The notes under the pieces are model-generated. The model was not told the DNA's origin, searched no databases, and saw nothing but the letters and a program-made list of their open reading frames with translations. A stretch of DNA of 64,000 nucleotides from Octopus vulgaris (Eukaryota): positions 15,252,001 through 15,316,000 of the forward strand of contig OX597834.1 in assembly GCA_951406725.2 (NCBI GenBank). The letters run 5' to 3'. The translations under genes and the position numbers were made by a program. How positions within the stretch are numbered: position 1 is the stretch's first letter; every line of letters starts with the position of its first letter. Positions 51,105 to 63,009 of the stretch are shown here, one piece after another.

Positions 51105-51640
51105 AGATCGCTGGTACGATTTCTGAACCAAAGAGGACATTGAGTCCTTGAGCAAGAAACTTGATTACGTGATGCTCTAGTCTTTAAATAACTTGTAACT
51201 AACTGAGAGTAAAAGCGGATGGCTTAGTGGTTAAAATGTTTGATTTACATGTACGATTCATGGACCAGGTAGGATATTGTGTCCTTGAGCAAGGAACCTA
51301 ACTACGCATTGGTTCTGTCTTTAAATTAATTTATAAGTAGATGAGTGTGAATGCACGTGGTTTAGTGGTTATAAAGTTCGATTTACGATCATAAGGTCAC
51401 GGGTACGATTTCTGAGCCAAGCCCTGCATTGCGTTCTTGGACAAGGAACTTAACTGCACGTCGTTCCAGTGTTTAGATTAATTTATAAGTAGTTGAGCGT
51501 GAATGCACGTGGCTTAGTGATTAAAATGTTCGACTCGGCGTCATAAGATCACAGGTTTCGATTCCTGAGACGGACGACGCGTTCTATCCTTGAGTAATTT
51601 CCTGTTGCTCAAGCTGTCTACTCAGCTGCGATGAGTACCA
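51105..51640 (+). repeat. Tandem array of ~4 tRNA/CORE SINE heads
   Basis: Repeated tgg.ttagtg.tta.aa.gtt.ga ... tccttgagcaag.aac, linked by aattaatttataagtag.tgag.gtgaatgcacgtgg. Confidence 0.7.
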
Positions 51641-51790
51641 ACCAGTCCGGTATCCTTTATCTGTCATTCCCCCTACCCCGAGTGTTTCGTTAGGGCTAGG
51701 TTGCGGAACCCGAGATTATATCTATGTCTAGTCGAGACAACATACTTTCTTACTGAAGCACTTAAACCCTAAGAAGCACAGGCTAAGAAA

Positions 51791-52020
51791 GACGGCGAGC
51801 TGGGAGAAACGTTAGCACGCCGGGTGAAGTGCTTAGCGGTATTTCGTCTGCCGTTACGTTCTGAGTTCAAATTCGGCCGAGGTCGACTTTGCCTTTCGTC
51901 ATTTCGGGGTCGATAAATTAAGTACCAGTTACGCACTGGGGTCGATGTAATCGACTTAATCCCTTTGTCTCTCCTTGTTTGTTCCCTCTATGTTTAGTCC
52001 CTGTGGGCAACAGAGAAATA
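51791..52020 (+). mobile_element. Full-length Meta-domain-like SINE monomer with 14-bp TSD
   Basis: TSD taagaagcacaggc at 51770-51783 and 52019-52032. Confidence 0.9.
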
Positions 52021-52249
52021 AGAAGCACAGGCCAACGGTGACTTTTCCCGTTCTCTGCGCTGTCTACTTCTTCTTTCCAAATGAACCCCTGCCTTTTTTT
52101 AAGGCCCTGTCTCAGTATTCCGCCTCGCATGTTTCCTTGAGAAAAGACCTTCATCTCTCAGGGTTTTGTTGGTTTTGAATTGTCATGGCTAATTCTGTAA
52201 CCATGCATTTTATTTGGTACGGGTGTTGTCTCTATTCAAACTTATTTTT

Positions 52250-52390
52250 GTCTCTTACAAGAGGCTTTCCATATTAGTTGGCCTCTATCCTTCCATCTGT
52301 CCAGTATAGGGTTTTGTGTTCCGCTGGCACAGCTCACAAGATTACTGAGAGACATAAGTCACCACACTGCAACAAGGACCGGACCTTGTA
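52250..52390 (-). mobile_element. Possible RTE LINE 5' UTR remnant
   Basis: gctggcacagctcacaagattactgagagacataagtcaccacactgcaacaagg resembles recalled RTE 5' UTR reverse complement. Confidence 0.35.
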
Positions 52391-52649
52391 ATGGTCGTGA
52401 CTACATAATCGCTTAAATTAATTAGCGAAAGTATTTTCATGGTACGGCACACTCGCTCGCGAGTGACGGCTGGTCGTAATGGGTGCCCTTCCTCTGATCG
52501 ATAGACCAAATCAGCAAGAAACGATGTCTGACAAATCCGGGCTTTTCAATTAAATGTTCAATCAGTTTGATGGGTTTCAGCAGTTTCTGTCTTCCCAATT
52601 CCTTTGACAGGGAATGTCCGAAAACTTGATTATATAGAGATGACAGCAT

Positions 52650-52975
52650 CTGGCACTCCTCGGTTACGACGAGGATTCCAGTTAATCCAATCGACGGAAC
52701 AGCCTGCACATGGAATTAACGAGCAAGCGGCTGAGTACCCCACAGACACGTGTACCCTTAAAGTAGTTCTCAGGGAGTTTCAGCGTGACACAGTGTTTGA
52801 GAGGTTGACCCTTTGAGATAAAGATACAACCTTTTTTTATTGACAGTTGAGTGGACTAGAGCAACGTGAAGTAAAGTGTCTTGCTCAAGGACACAACGCG
52901 TCACCTGGAATTGAACTCATGACCTTATGGTCATATCGTGGGCCGAACACTCCTAACCAGTAGCCCACGTGCCTT
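52650..52975 (-). mobile_element. tRNA/CORE SINE
   Basis: gtgtcttgctcaaggacacaacgcg..ggaattgaactcatgacc; tail related to the 14080 SINE. Confidence 0.8.
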
Positions 52976-53809
52976 CACTAACAACATCAGCAACAGCCGT
53001 TCAAGAATTTGGACCTGGAGATCTCCATTTCCAGCGACTTCGAGGGCCAACTCCCAGTGGTGTCGGGCGTCAGCGAAGAGCCCTCGACTACAACAAGACG
53101 ACCAAAGTTTTATTTTTTTTTCTTCCAAGGTCTGGGGCCTCCCACCCCTAAGCCCTAGACCATCACCTAATCACCCTTACTCGTTTTGTTGCTTAACAAC
53201 AACAACAACAACAACAGCATCAGCAGCAGCCACAGTAGCAACAACAACAACAACGCCAAAAAAACAACACCAAGAACAACGCCTAGAACATAACCAAAAA
53301 CAACTACAACAGCAATAACACCACCAAAACTACCACCACCGACAACAACAACAACAACAAGAACAGCAGCAGCAACAAGAGTAATAACAATGATGGTTCT
53401 GAAATATGCTTTCCTTTCTCTTAAACTTTTCATAACCAATTTACCATTGTCTCTTGCCAACAATGGTAATTGGAAAAATTAACGAAAAAACAAAACGTTA
53501 CGCAATGAAGACTGGGAAACATAAAATGGAATTTACAACGAAACAAACCAATTGAGAAGTTAATAAAACAGATGAAGTACTTTCCCCGACTAAAGGTGAG
53601 AGGACGACAATGAAATGAATGTTTAATTTAACAGAAAACTATTATTATTATTGCTGTTGTTGTTGTTGTTGTTGCTGTTGTTATTATTACCGAAATGGTA
53701 AAAAGAAAAAAAGTATTTTCGTTAAATTTAAAGATTAAAAAAAACTTTCCATGCAAACTGCAGAAATCTTGAGTTAATTGAAAACAAAAATTGTTTGTTT
53801 AACTATTGT

Positions 53810-54076
53810 CGTAAGTAGTAGTAGTAGTAGTGGTAGTTGTAGCAGTAGTAGTAGTAGTAGTAGCATAGTAGCAGTGGTAGTAGTAGTAGCAGTGGTAGTT
53901 GTAGCAGTGGTAGTAGTAGCAGTGGTAGTAGTAGTGGCAGTTAGTTGTAGCAGTGGTAGTAGTAGTAGCATTTGTAGTTGTAGCAATGGTAGTAGTAGTA
54001 GTAGCAGTGGTAGTTGTAGCAATGGTAGTAGTAGTAGTAGTAGCAGTGGTAGTTGTAGCAGTGGTAGTTGTAGCAA

Positions 54077-54128
<52 letters not shown>

Positions 54129-54130
54129 GT
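53810..54130. repeat. (GTA/GCA/GTG)n trinucleotide array
   Basis: Direct inspection. Confidence 0.95.
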
Positions 54131-54279
54131 TTAGTTCCCGCAGAAGGCTTAATAGTGTCGATCTATATTCAAATGTATTTCCTCCGTGACCATCCATCCT
54201 CGTATGGTTATATTTCTACTTCTGACGCTGTACCTCTCTGTTCTTGTTTCTATTTCTCTCCCTACTCTCTCCGTCGTTA

Positions 54280-54300
54280 TCTCTTTTATAAAATCCGTTC

Positions 54301-54339
<39 letters not shown>

Positions 54340-54465
54340 CTTCTAGGATCTCGGGCATCCTCCATCCGATTGCGCTCAAATTTGATATGTATCAAATCGA
54401 CGGTATCAGGGCGTGTATAAGTCTTGAAGAAATTACAAAAATCGATTCCAGGTGAGAATGCGAAC
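54280..54465 (+). mobile_element. Possible non-autonomous Helitron 5' end
   Basis: A|TCtcttttataaaa..tgtctgtgtg(tg)n..ccgattgcgctcaaatttg arrangement. Confidence 0.4.
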
Positions 54466-54819
54466 GTGTATTTGTATGCGCAAGTACATCAGTTGAAATC
54501 CGTCTTTTGCTGGTGTCTCAAATTTAGGCTAAATCAGTGTTTCTCAAAGGGGAGGCCTATTTTGAGAAATTTTGGTTTAAATGTTTGATAACTCAGCACC
54601 GTCCACTGGACGGCGGGTGGCGTTTTGCTCGTATATATATATGTGTGTGTGTATTTGTGTGTGTATGTATGTATTGTATTACGTACGTATGTTTGTTCGT
54701 ATGTATGTATATATATGTAAGCATGTATGAATTTATATGCAAAGTGCCTCAAAAATGTATACTTTGATAGCTAAGAACTCACTTAATTTTCCTTACCTTT
54801 TACATTTAACCCATTAAAA

Positions 54820-55220
54820 ACATGAAGGGATTCAGGCGAAGGAATCAGTAAAGGAAATTTGTCCTAGAGTGCTACTGGAAAACGCGGTTGAAAGGTCAAA
54901 GGACATTTTACGATAGAGTTTCAAATAGGTCCACTTGGCGCGATTTAGCGTCATTCGAATTAGAGATAAGCTTGAAGCAGATAGAAACGTTGAAAAGTTC
55001 CCCCAAAATACAGACATCCATGGGCTTCAGAAAGCAAGAAAATTTACTAGGCATGTAGTGCCAGAGTTCAAGTAAATCTGTGGCAACCGATTCGTGGGAC
55101 AGAAATTCCAAAATTAAGCGTTTGTTGCTCTTTGAAGCGTTGTTATTGGCACAGTTAAATTCCCAAAATAATCCGTGGAATTTGTTGAAGAGCAGAATTT
55201 GGAGAGTGCTACATGCAGGA
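54820..55220 (+). pseudogene. Decayed Tc1/mariner transposase, N-terminal HTH region
   Basis: RKFVLECYWKT ... IRIRDKLEADRNVEK across frameshifts and stops. Confidence 0.65.
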
Positions 55221-55225
55221 GATAC

Positions 55226-55428
55226 TTTTTTTTATTCTTTCACTTGTTTCAGTCATTTGACTGCGGCCATGTAGGAGCACGGCCTTGAAGGGTTTTAGGA
55301 CTTATTTAGTAAGCCTAGTACTTATTCTATTGACTTTTTTTGCCGAACCTCTAGCTTAGAGGGACGTAAACACATTGACACCTGTTGTCAAACAGTGACT
55401 GGGGGACAAACTCACACACACACACACA
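55226..55428 (-). mobile_element. CORE-type SINE 3' part
   Basis: cttgtttcagtcatttgactgcggccatg...aagcctagtacttattct...gccgaacc. Confidence 0.85.
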
Positions 55429-55431
55429 TCC

Positions 55432-55912
55432 GAGGTAGGCTTAGCCACTTTCTAATGAACACATTTCATTTTTGTTCAATGATCTGAACTCGTGATTAGG
55501 CTACCTCGTATATTAAAAGTGGCCACGAAAGTCGCGGGTACAAGCCGAATTGCAAGCACCAAACTTTATAGTTACCTGGTAACTTCGAGTTATCAATCGC
55601 TGATAATCCAGCCTCGGTCTGTTTCATAATTTCCATCCAGCGACTTCTGTCTGACAATGTTCCAGCGTATACTCGTCCCAAGCTCTTGACGGGTTTTTCT
55701 TTGACTGTTGGAATGCTATCTTTAGCTATTCGAAATTTAAATTCTTTCTGCACTCCCTTAACAAATGTCAGACTACGCGACTATTTTGCTCTAAACCGCA
55801 TTCTTGACCACCTCACAAGTTCGTCTAGTCTCAAGGGGGCATTCTGAAAGATTTGTTTATCTGTAGCTAGAAGTGTCACGTAATCCATCAAGGCTTTCTT
55901 AGGCGATTTGTA
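55432..55912 (-). pseudogene. Non-LTR retrotransposon RT fragment, Hero/R2-like
   Basis: KALMDYVTLL (from FMDD)..LDELVRWSRMRFRAK*SRSL..IPTVKEKPVKSLGR..IDNSKLPGNYKVWCLQFGLYPRLSWPLLIYEV..FIRKWL with in-frame stops. Confidence 0.85.
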
Positions 55913-56193
55913 CCGAAAAATCCACAGCTAGTGTTAATTCATAAATAGTAGTTATGTATATTAATTTATATAAGCTTTTTACTCTTTAATTTGTCTAATT
56001 TAATAAACGACTGTATTATTTCGTGTATTAAACCATAGTTTGAATATTAATATAGTTTGGTATAAATTCATCACTTATTGCCTTGCTTATTGTTCCGAGG
56101 GCAGACTTGCTTGGGCAAATTAGTCTAATGCTAGGGTTACACTTAGAAGACACTTGTGCAAAGTGCCACAATATGGCGCTGAACTTCCACGAA

Positions 56194-56237
<44 letters not shown>

Positions 56238-56240
56238 TTA

Positions 56241-56493
56241 TGGAGGCATGTGGTTTAGTGGTTAGAGTGTTGAACTCAAGACCGTAAGGTTGTGGTATCG
56301 ATTCCTGGAGCGGGTGAGGCGTTGTGTTCTTGAGCAAAACCCTTCATTTCACGTTGCTCCAGTCCACTCAGCTGGCAAAAATGAGTAACACTGCGATGGA
56401 CTGTTGTCCCGTCCAGCTGGAGAACACATACACCATTGAATCCGAGAAACCAGGCCCATGAGCCTGGCTAGGCTTTAAACGGGTCCATTTATT

Positions 56494-56497
<4 letters not shown>
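56241..56497 (+). mobile_element. tRNA/CORE SINE with a distinct tail
   Basis: ggcatgtggtttagtggttagag..tcgattcc..gttcttgagcaaaaccc..ctgcgatggactgttgtcccgtccag. Confidence 0.8.
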
Positions 56498-56528
<31 letters not shown>

Positions 56529-56584
56529 GTCATTAAGAACGAAATGTCCAATTTTAAACTGAAGGTTTACTTTATCTCAACATA

Positions 56585-56982
56585 AAGCAGAGGACCAATT
56601 GAGTAGCCAGTACGTTCACCAGACTCGACCCCAATGAACATCTTATGGAGAATACTCAAGGACAAAGTTTATAGCTGAAAACCAAGAATTATTAAGGATT
56701 TGAACAATTACATAAGAGATGCATTTCAAGAAATTAATACACAAAGAAGAGACTAGAGCAAAAATTGTTTGTCGAAGCGTAAGGTGTAGACTTCGAAGCT
56801 GTGTAAATTGTGATGGACAACAGTTTGAGCAGCTGCATTGATAAAATCTAAGCGCGTTTGTATTATTGTACACAATTAAATTTAATTGTCAATATAATAA
56901 TTGTATTACTAAATATAATTGTTTAGTTAATCTCAAAATAAATGTTATAATCCACTGTCTACCTACTTTTGGACCACCTGGT
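56585..56982 (+). pseudogene. Decayed Tc1/mariner transposase C-terminus and right TIR
   Basis: RGPIE*PVRSPD..LWRILKDKVY..KPR..DL...IRDAF..RLRSCVNCDGQQFEQL*; TIR-like acttttggaccacctgg|ta. Confidence 0.8.
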
Positions 56983-56984
56983 AG

Positions 56985-57545
56985 GTAGATAAATATATGG
57001 ATGGATGGATGGATGGATGGATGGATGGATATATAGATGGATGGATGGATAGTTATATAGATAGATGGATGGATGGATGGTTATATAGATAGAAAGATAG
57101 ATGGATGGATAGTTATATAGATAGATAGATGGATGGAGAGTTATATAGATAGAAAGATAGATAGATGGATGGATGGATGGATGGATAGTTATATAGATAG
57201 AAAGATAGATAGATGGATGGATGGATAGTTATATAGATAGATAGATGGATGGATGGATGGATGGATGGATAGTTATATAGATAGATAGATGGATGGATGG
57301 ATGGATGGATAGTTATATAGATAGAAAGATAGATAGATGGATGGATGGATGGATGGATAGTATATAGATAGATAGATAGATGGATGGATAGTTATATAGA
57401 TAGAAAGATAGATGATGGATGGATGGATGGATAGTTATATAGATAGAAAGATGGATGGATGGATAGTATATATAGATAGGTGGATGGATAGATAGATAGA
57501 TATATAGATAGATAGATGGGTTGATGGATAGATGGGTTGATGGAT
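56985..57545. repeat. Compound (GGAT)/(GATA) array punctuated by agttatatagat
   Basis: Direct inspection. Confidence 0.9.
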
Positions 57546-58076
57546 TAGGAGAGAGAGAAGAGATAGATAGAAAGCTGCATAAGTACGTGCGTGAGCATGT
57601 GTATGCACCAATCAATGCTCCTTTGTCTACGGATAACACCTCCGGATGAAATACGGTTCCCCTTCAACTTGTAAGTGTTCCACGAGGTGATACTTCAATT
57701 TCAATGAAAGCAATTCTTTTGTTATATTGTTTCAAATTCTTTCTCACCAACCCGTGTTTCGTAACAATAGAAGAAATTATTATATTGAGACATCCATCTC
57801 AATTTGAAGAGCGTTACGCTGAAATAGCCTAGACTCATAATTAATATTTTCAATAAATTTCAACGAGGAATTTTGTGTTTAATTGATCTCAGAGTAATTA
57901 ATAAACTCCTTCAAATATACTATATGCATACTATAATTAGCATTTATCTAATTATTTCGGTTACGCATGCATATATATATATATATATATTTAACAAAGT
58001 AAAGTTGTAAGATACTGCACGAGTGCAAATATATATGAAAAAAGGTTTGAAAATACAATTTTAAAGATGTTTATTC

Positions 58077-58118
58077 ACTTGACCGGTTTCACTTTCTCAG
58101 AAAAAGATTGTTAAAAGT
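58077..58118 (-). ncRNA. Degenerate hammerhead-like motif (U3-A8 type)
   Basis: Minus: ACUU-UUAACAA-uCUUU..AAAGu-GAAA-CCGG-UC-AAGU; flanks homologous to the 6420 element (cacgagt..atatatatgaaaaaa). Confidence 0.5.
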
Positions 58119-58271
58119 AAAATATAAAAATGATTTAAAAAACATGTATACATTCTTTGATAGTAATAAGAAAATGTTAAAAACAGTTTACAAGAAAGTA
58201 TTTTAGAAAATATTCAACAAAAAGTGTTAGGACTTCAGTAAAAATCATATTTGGTAGTGTGTGTGTGTATG

Positions 58272-58330
<59 letters not shown>

Positions 58331-58554
58331 GATATATTGAAGAACTTACCAAAAATTGGAAAAGAACCAACCTGCCTTTTTGGCATTTTTTCTGTCTTGT
58401 GTGTAGCTGCGTGTGTTTGCTATTTTATAGGACACTGTGGTTGGGGTGGGGGAAGGAGGAACAATGTGGAATTAAAAGGATTTCTTTGCTTCTAGGCTAG
58501 TCTGTCATCGTTCAGTGGTTTTGGGGACTGGCCTGAGAGGTCAGAATGGTGTTG

Positions 58555-59720
58555 AGTGTCTGTGTCTCAGTGCACGTCTTTATGTGTATGTGTGTGTATA
58601 CATGTGTTTGTGTTTGTGTGTGGGCCGTTTTTGATTAGTCCCAGAGTTTATTGTGGCGTGTGTATATGGGTTTCTGTGTGTTTTATATTTGGTAGGATGG
58701 TGTGTGTATATGTGTGCACGTTTGTGTGTGTGTGTATGTTTGTGATTAATATTTGCTAGGGTGTTGTGTGTGCGCATGTGTGCGTATCTGTTTGTTCGCG
58801 TGTGCGTCTGTGGGTGCGTGTGTATGCTTGTGTGTTTTGTGTTGGTGGGAATGTTATGTGTGTACGTGAGTGTGTGTGTCTACGTGAGTGTGTGTATGCT
58901 TTTAATTGTCCTTGTGGTGTGTGTGTGGGGGGGGGGGGCAACCGTATGTGTGTGTGAGAGTGCATATATATGTGTGGGTGTGTATGTGTGTCTGAGTGTG
59001 TTGTTGTTATCAGGGGTTCTGTGTGTGTCCGTATGTGTTGGGTTTATCCGGGTGTTTTGTATGTTTGTGCATGTGCGTTTTGTATATGTTGGTACAGAGT
59101 ATGCGTTTGTGTGTGTGTATATATATATGTAGGTATGGTTTATGTAGTTCCCGGGTGTGAGTGTGCACATGTGTGTATGCGCTGTATTTGTGAGTCATTT
59201 GTTTTGTTTATATTGTTAGTGCAGTGTGTGTATTCGTGTGTATGTGTTTGTGTGAGTGTGTCTATGTGTCTTGTATTTGTTGGGTAGGTGTGTATCATTG
59301 TGTGTGTACATGCTTGTGTGTTTGTGAGTGTTTGTTGTGATTGTATTGTGTGTATATGTATGTGCTTTTTTCTTTTGAGTGTGTGTGTGTGTGGTTTTTT
59401 ACTGGGGAACGGGCGTATTGTGTTTGTGTGTGTAGATATGTGAGCATATATGCATGTGTATTTGTGTGGGTTGTGTTGTGTTAATGTGTGTGTGTGTGTG
59501 TGTGTTTATGAATGTGATTTCTAATTGTCGGGGTGGTGTGTGTGCATGTACGTGTTTACGTATATGTGTATGTGTGTGTGCTTGCGTCGGAGGTTTGCAT
59601 TGTTTTTGTGTCTGTGTGTGTTATTTTGTACATCTTTATGTGTTTCTCTGTGTGGGTTTGTTTTGGATGTGTACCTGTTGCGGGGTATGTCAAAGTATAT
59701 TGAGTTGTGGTCTGTATTTT
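58555..59720. repeat. Long decayed (GT)-rich low-complexity tract
   Basis: Imperfect GT repeats over ~1.2 kb. Confidence 0.85.
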
Positions 59721-59770
59721 TGAATAAGATTATTTTCCTTATTTATTCGTGTTTCGTCAGTGATGTTGTC

Positions 59771-59970
59771 CGGGCAATCCCTCGCCATATCGCGGTTCAC
59801 TTATCGAGGTTTATTATTTAAGCTTACGTCGATTCGTCTATGGTGTTGTTTTGCATTTATAATAAAATAAATACGATACAAATTATAATGCTATTTTTTA
59901 AAAAATATGCAGTACAGTATTGTTTCTACTTCGCAGATTTTCACCCATCGCGGGTGGGGTTTCGAACGCA
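59771..59970 (+). mobile_element. pogo/Tigger-like MITE remnant
   Basis: TIR-like caatccctcgccatatcgcggttcac and subterminal ttcgcagattttcacccatcgcggg. Confidence 0.55.
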
Positions 59971-59996
59971 TACATACATACATACATATGTACGTA

Positions 59997-60028
<32 letters not shown>

Positions 60029-60250
60029 GTACGTATTACATACATACATACATACATATGTACGTATTACATACATACATACATATATATGTACGTATTA
60101 CATGCGTGCGTGCGTGCATGCGTGCGTGTATACATACACACACATACATACATACATACACACACACATACATACACACACACACACACACACATACACA
60201 CATATACACATACACACATATACACATACACACATACATACATACATACA

Positions 60251-60281
<31 letters not shown>

Positions 60282-60439
60282 GGACAGATAGATAGATAAT
60301 TCAGAAATTATGCAATGAGTAAAGTATCAGCACAGTTTACGTTACCTGTGGCTATCCGTAGATTTACTCCACGACCTTCGCAGTGGTGTTTGGTAGTATG
60401 AATAAAATAGGAGATGAAATAATGCGTATTAGACTTTAT

Positions 60440-61355
60440 TCAGTATGACACATCTTTCGACTCGTCGTTTTGGGTCTCTTCGGGTACATCAGTAAAAATT
60501 ATTCTTGCTGTTCCGAACAGAACAGAATAAATAGATTTCTGTACTAATGCGATTCTCGTAGTTACACTGGTCTCGTTAAGGAGACAACCAAGTATGTTGT
60601 TAGCGGTAACTAAATCGCCAATAACTACTGGGGTTACTTTTGCAGAATCACTCCACACTCTCCGTATTACCCTTCCTAGGTCTCGGTATTTTCTTATTCT
60701 TGTTCTTTAACTGCTGCATAGATTTAAGGGGGTGCTGAAAAGTTCCTGGCTTTAAGAGCATCGCGAAAGGCCTTGTTGGAAACCCAACCTTCCGAGTTCT
60801 TTTACATGGCTTAGAAAATCCGAAGGACCCCTGCAGTGAGTGTGTGAATTTGGGAGGAGAGTGTGAAGAATAAAACCATGCTTAACTGATCCACCTGTAT
60901 TTTTCGTTTACCCAGAGTCAGGAATATACGAGTGGTGCTCAAAAAGCTCCTGGTTTTGTGAGTATCGCGAATGCCTTGTTGGAAACCCAACATTCTGAGT
61001 TGTCTTACAGGACTTAGAAAAACTGAAGGACCACCGCAATAAGTGTTTGAATCTGAGAGGGAAACACGTTGAATAAAATCATACTTAACTGATCCTCCTG
61101 TATTTATTTTTACTCAAAGCCGGAATCTTTTCAGTAGCTCATCGTACCAGCAGACATATTCACATCTATGATGATGCACCCTTTTCAAAATATCCCTTTC
61201 CACAATGTTGATATCTGGTGTCGTCTTGCTTGAATCTCAAGGTCAGTCTGAACAGCAAAGTCCCAGAAAACCTGAAATCGATACCTTCTCTGTCACATTC
61301 TGCGTTGGGTTCTGATGCCACTTTCTTCTTACTTCATTTCAAAACCCTTTTGACG
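60440..61355 (-). pseudogene. R4/Dong-like LINE restriction-like endonuclease domain, interrupted by a mariner MITE dimer
   Basis: KWH..WDFAVQTDLEIQARR-PDINIV..CIIIDV (61147-61355) continuing to KYRDLGR..RVW..VTPVVIG..VQKS..GTARII (60440-60722). Confidence 0.8.
60725..61146 (+). mobile_element. Tandem dimer of mariner-derived MITE at a TA site
   Basis: TIR (ta)agggggtgctgaaaagttcctggcttt ... aaagccggaatcttttcagtagctcatcg(ta); second unit starts tacgagtggtgctcaaaaagctcctgg at ~60927; internal QPSEFF..GL..L..CV..G..VE* remnant. Confidence 0.8.
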
Positions 61356-61423
61356 TAATGTATCTGAGTATATTGCCTTGGTTACACACTCGTGCCTGCA
61401 TTTATGTACTACTACTACTACTG

Positions 61424-61455
<32 letters not shown>

Positions 61456-61897
61456 TAAGAATAGTAATACTATTGTTGCTACTGCTACTACTTTGGTAAA
61501 AAAAATTACTATTGACATTACTATTCTTAATGTTGTTTCTATTCAATTGCATTTCTTTGCGATTTTTCCGAATTTACTTATATGAAATAGATAGCACCTT
61601 CCTATTATATAAATCCAATACATTTCACACTCAATAAACCGAGCGACGATGAGATGTTTCATAAAAACTGACAACTTGACAAAGGCATGTAAAAAAATAT
61701 TTTTACTTTCTAATACAAATGTTTTAGCTAAATTAAATTATTCTGTCTCATAGTCACAAGCGCAATGTCGCTCTCCTATTTACTTCGCTTTATGTAAATT
61801 GAAAGGGAGGCTTAAAGCAGTCAGGCACACACACAAGCACTCACTCACACATACACTCACACAAACATATATTTGTGTCTGTATGCCTGAGTGTATG

Positions 61898-61939
<42 letters not shown>

Positions 61940-61989
61940 GATAGATAGATAAATGGATGGATGAAGGGGGGAGGGAGGGAGGTAGAATG

Positions 61990-62200
61990 TAGGCGGCAAT
62001 TTGGCAGGATCGTTAGCACGCCGGGTGAAATACTTTGCTGTATTTCGTTTGCCGATACGTTCTGAGTTCAAATCCCGCTGAGGTTGACTATGTCTTAAAT
62101 TTTTTCGGGGTCGATAAATCAAGTATTAGTTGAGTACTGGGGTCGATGTGATCGACTGTCTCCCTCCCCACAAAATCCAGGCCTTGTGCCTATAGCAGAA
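61990..62200 (+). mobile_element. Meta-domain-like SINE with alternative tail
   Basis: aggcggcaatttggcaggatcgttagcacgccggg...ggccttgtgcctatagcagaaa. Confidence 0.85.
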
Positions 62201-62633
62201 ATATTATTATTATTGAGTGCATGCCATCAAAGTGACACTAGAGTAAAATATACGAAGCCCGGTATACCCATTATGACTACCCATCTGATAAGAGCACACT
62301 AGGCACATGTATTACAACCATATGTGCGCGACATGGTGATCTCATATCAATGTAGCGCATGGCCTTGCAGGCGGGGCCCAGTTAGGCATTTCTTCGGGAC
62401 GAGTAGCACATCCCGCTCAAAATGTCCCTGAATAAGGGTTGTTTAAAGATGATGAACAAAACACCCATGTTTCCAAAGTTCAATTATCCAAACACCAAAG
62501 AATTCCTCTCAACACATGGCTATGATCTTCCCATATTACTTCTGCTCGTGATCAGAGATGCACATATCGTCAGGCACTAAGGGACAACTGGTTAGGTCAA
62601 ACAACTGACAAGCAAATCTGTGGTGTTGAGCTC

Positions 62634-62687
62634 AACGTGACTTTAAGTTTCGTGAGAGCATAGAACACGTCCATCTCATCAGATGTT
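62634..62687 (-). ncRNA. Minimal type-I hammerhead ribozyme candidate, copy 1
   Basis: Minus: AACAU-CUGAUGA-G(a)UGG..UCAC-GAAACU-uaa-AGUC-ACGUU; intact core, 3-bp stem III, GUC triplet, stem I 4/5 bp. Confidence 0.7.
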
Positions 62688-62952
62688 CGAAGATATGTGT
62701 ATGAGTGTGTGTGTCTGGTAATGCATGTATATGTACATATATGATAGCGATGAAACGAAAATGAATGAAGGATTCTTGTATATGTCAAGAACAATTATTA
62801 GAAAGAAAAAATAGAAATAAATATTCCATGCCCACAAGAAAAAATTCTTTTACAATAAGAATGAAATCATGAATGAATCAGAAAGTGACACCTGATCGCA
62901 TTTTGCTGATGATCTTAGATTTGAACCTGTAGCAAATCTGTGGTATTGAGCT

Positions 62953-63009
62953 CGACGTGACTCTAAGTTTCGTGAGAGCATACAACACATCCATATCATC
63001 AGATGTTCG
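62953..63009 (-). ncRNA. Minimal type-I hammerhead ribozyme candidate, copy 2 (320 bp from copy 1)
   Basis: Minus: CGAACAU-CUGAUGA-uaUGG..UCAC-GAAACU-uag-AGUC-ACGUCG; G10.1 changed to U. Confidence 0.6.

Noticed and set aside
57804-57831. Hammerhead-like UUGAAG-AGCG-uua-CGCU-GAAA
   Set aside because: Core one base short and no stem I; not counted
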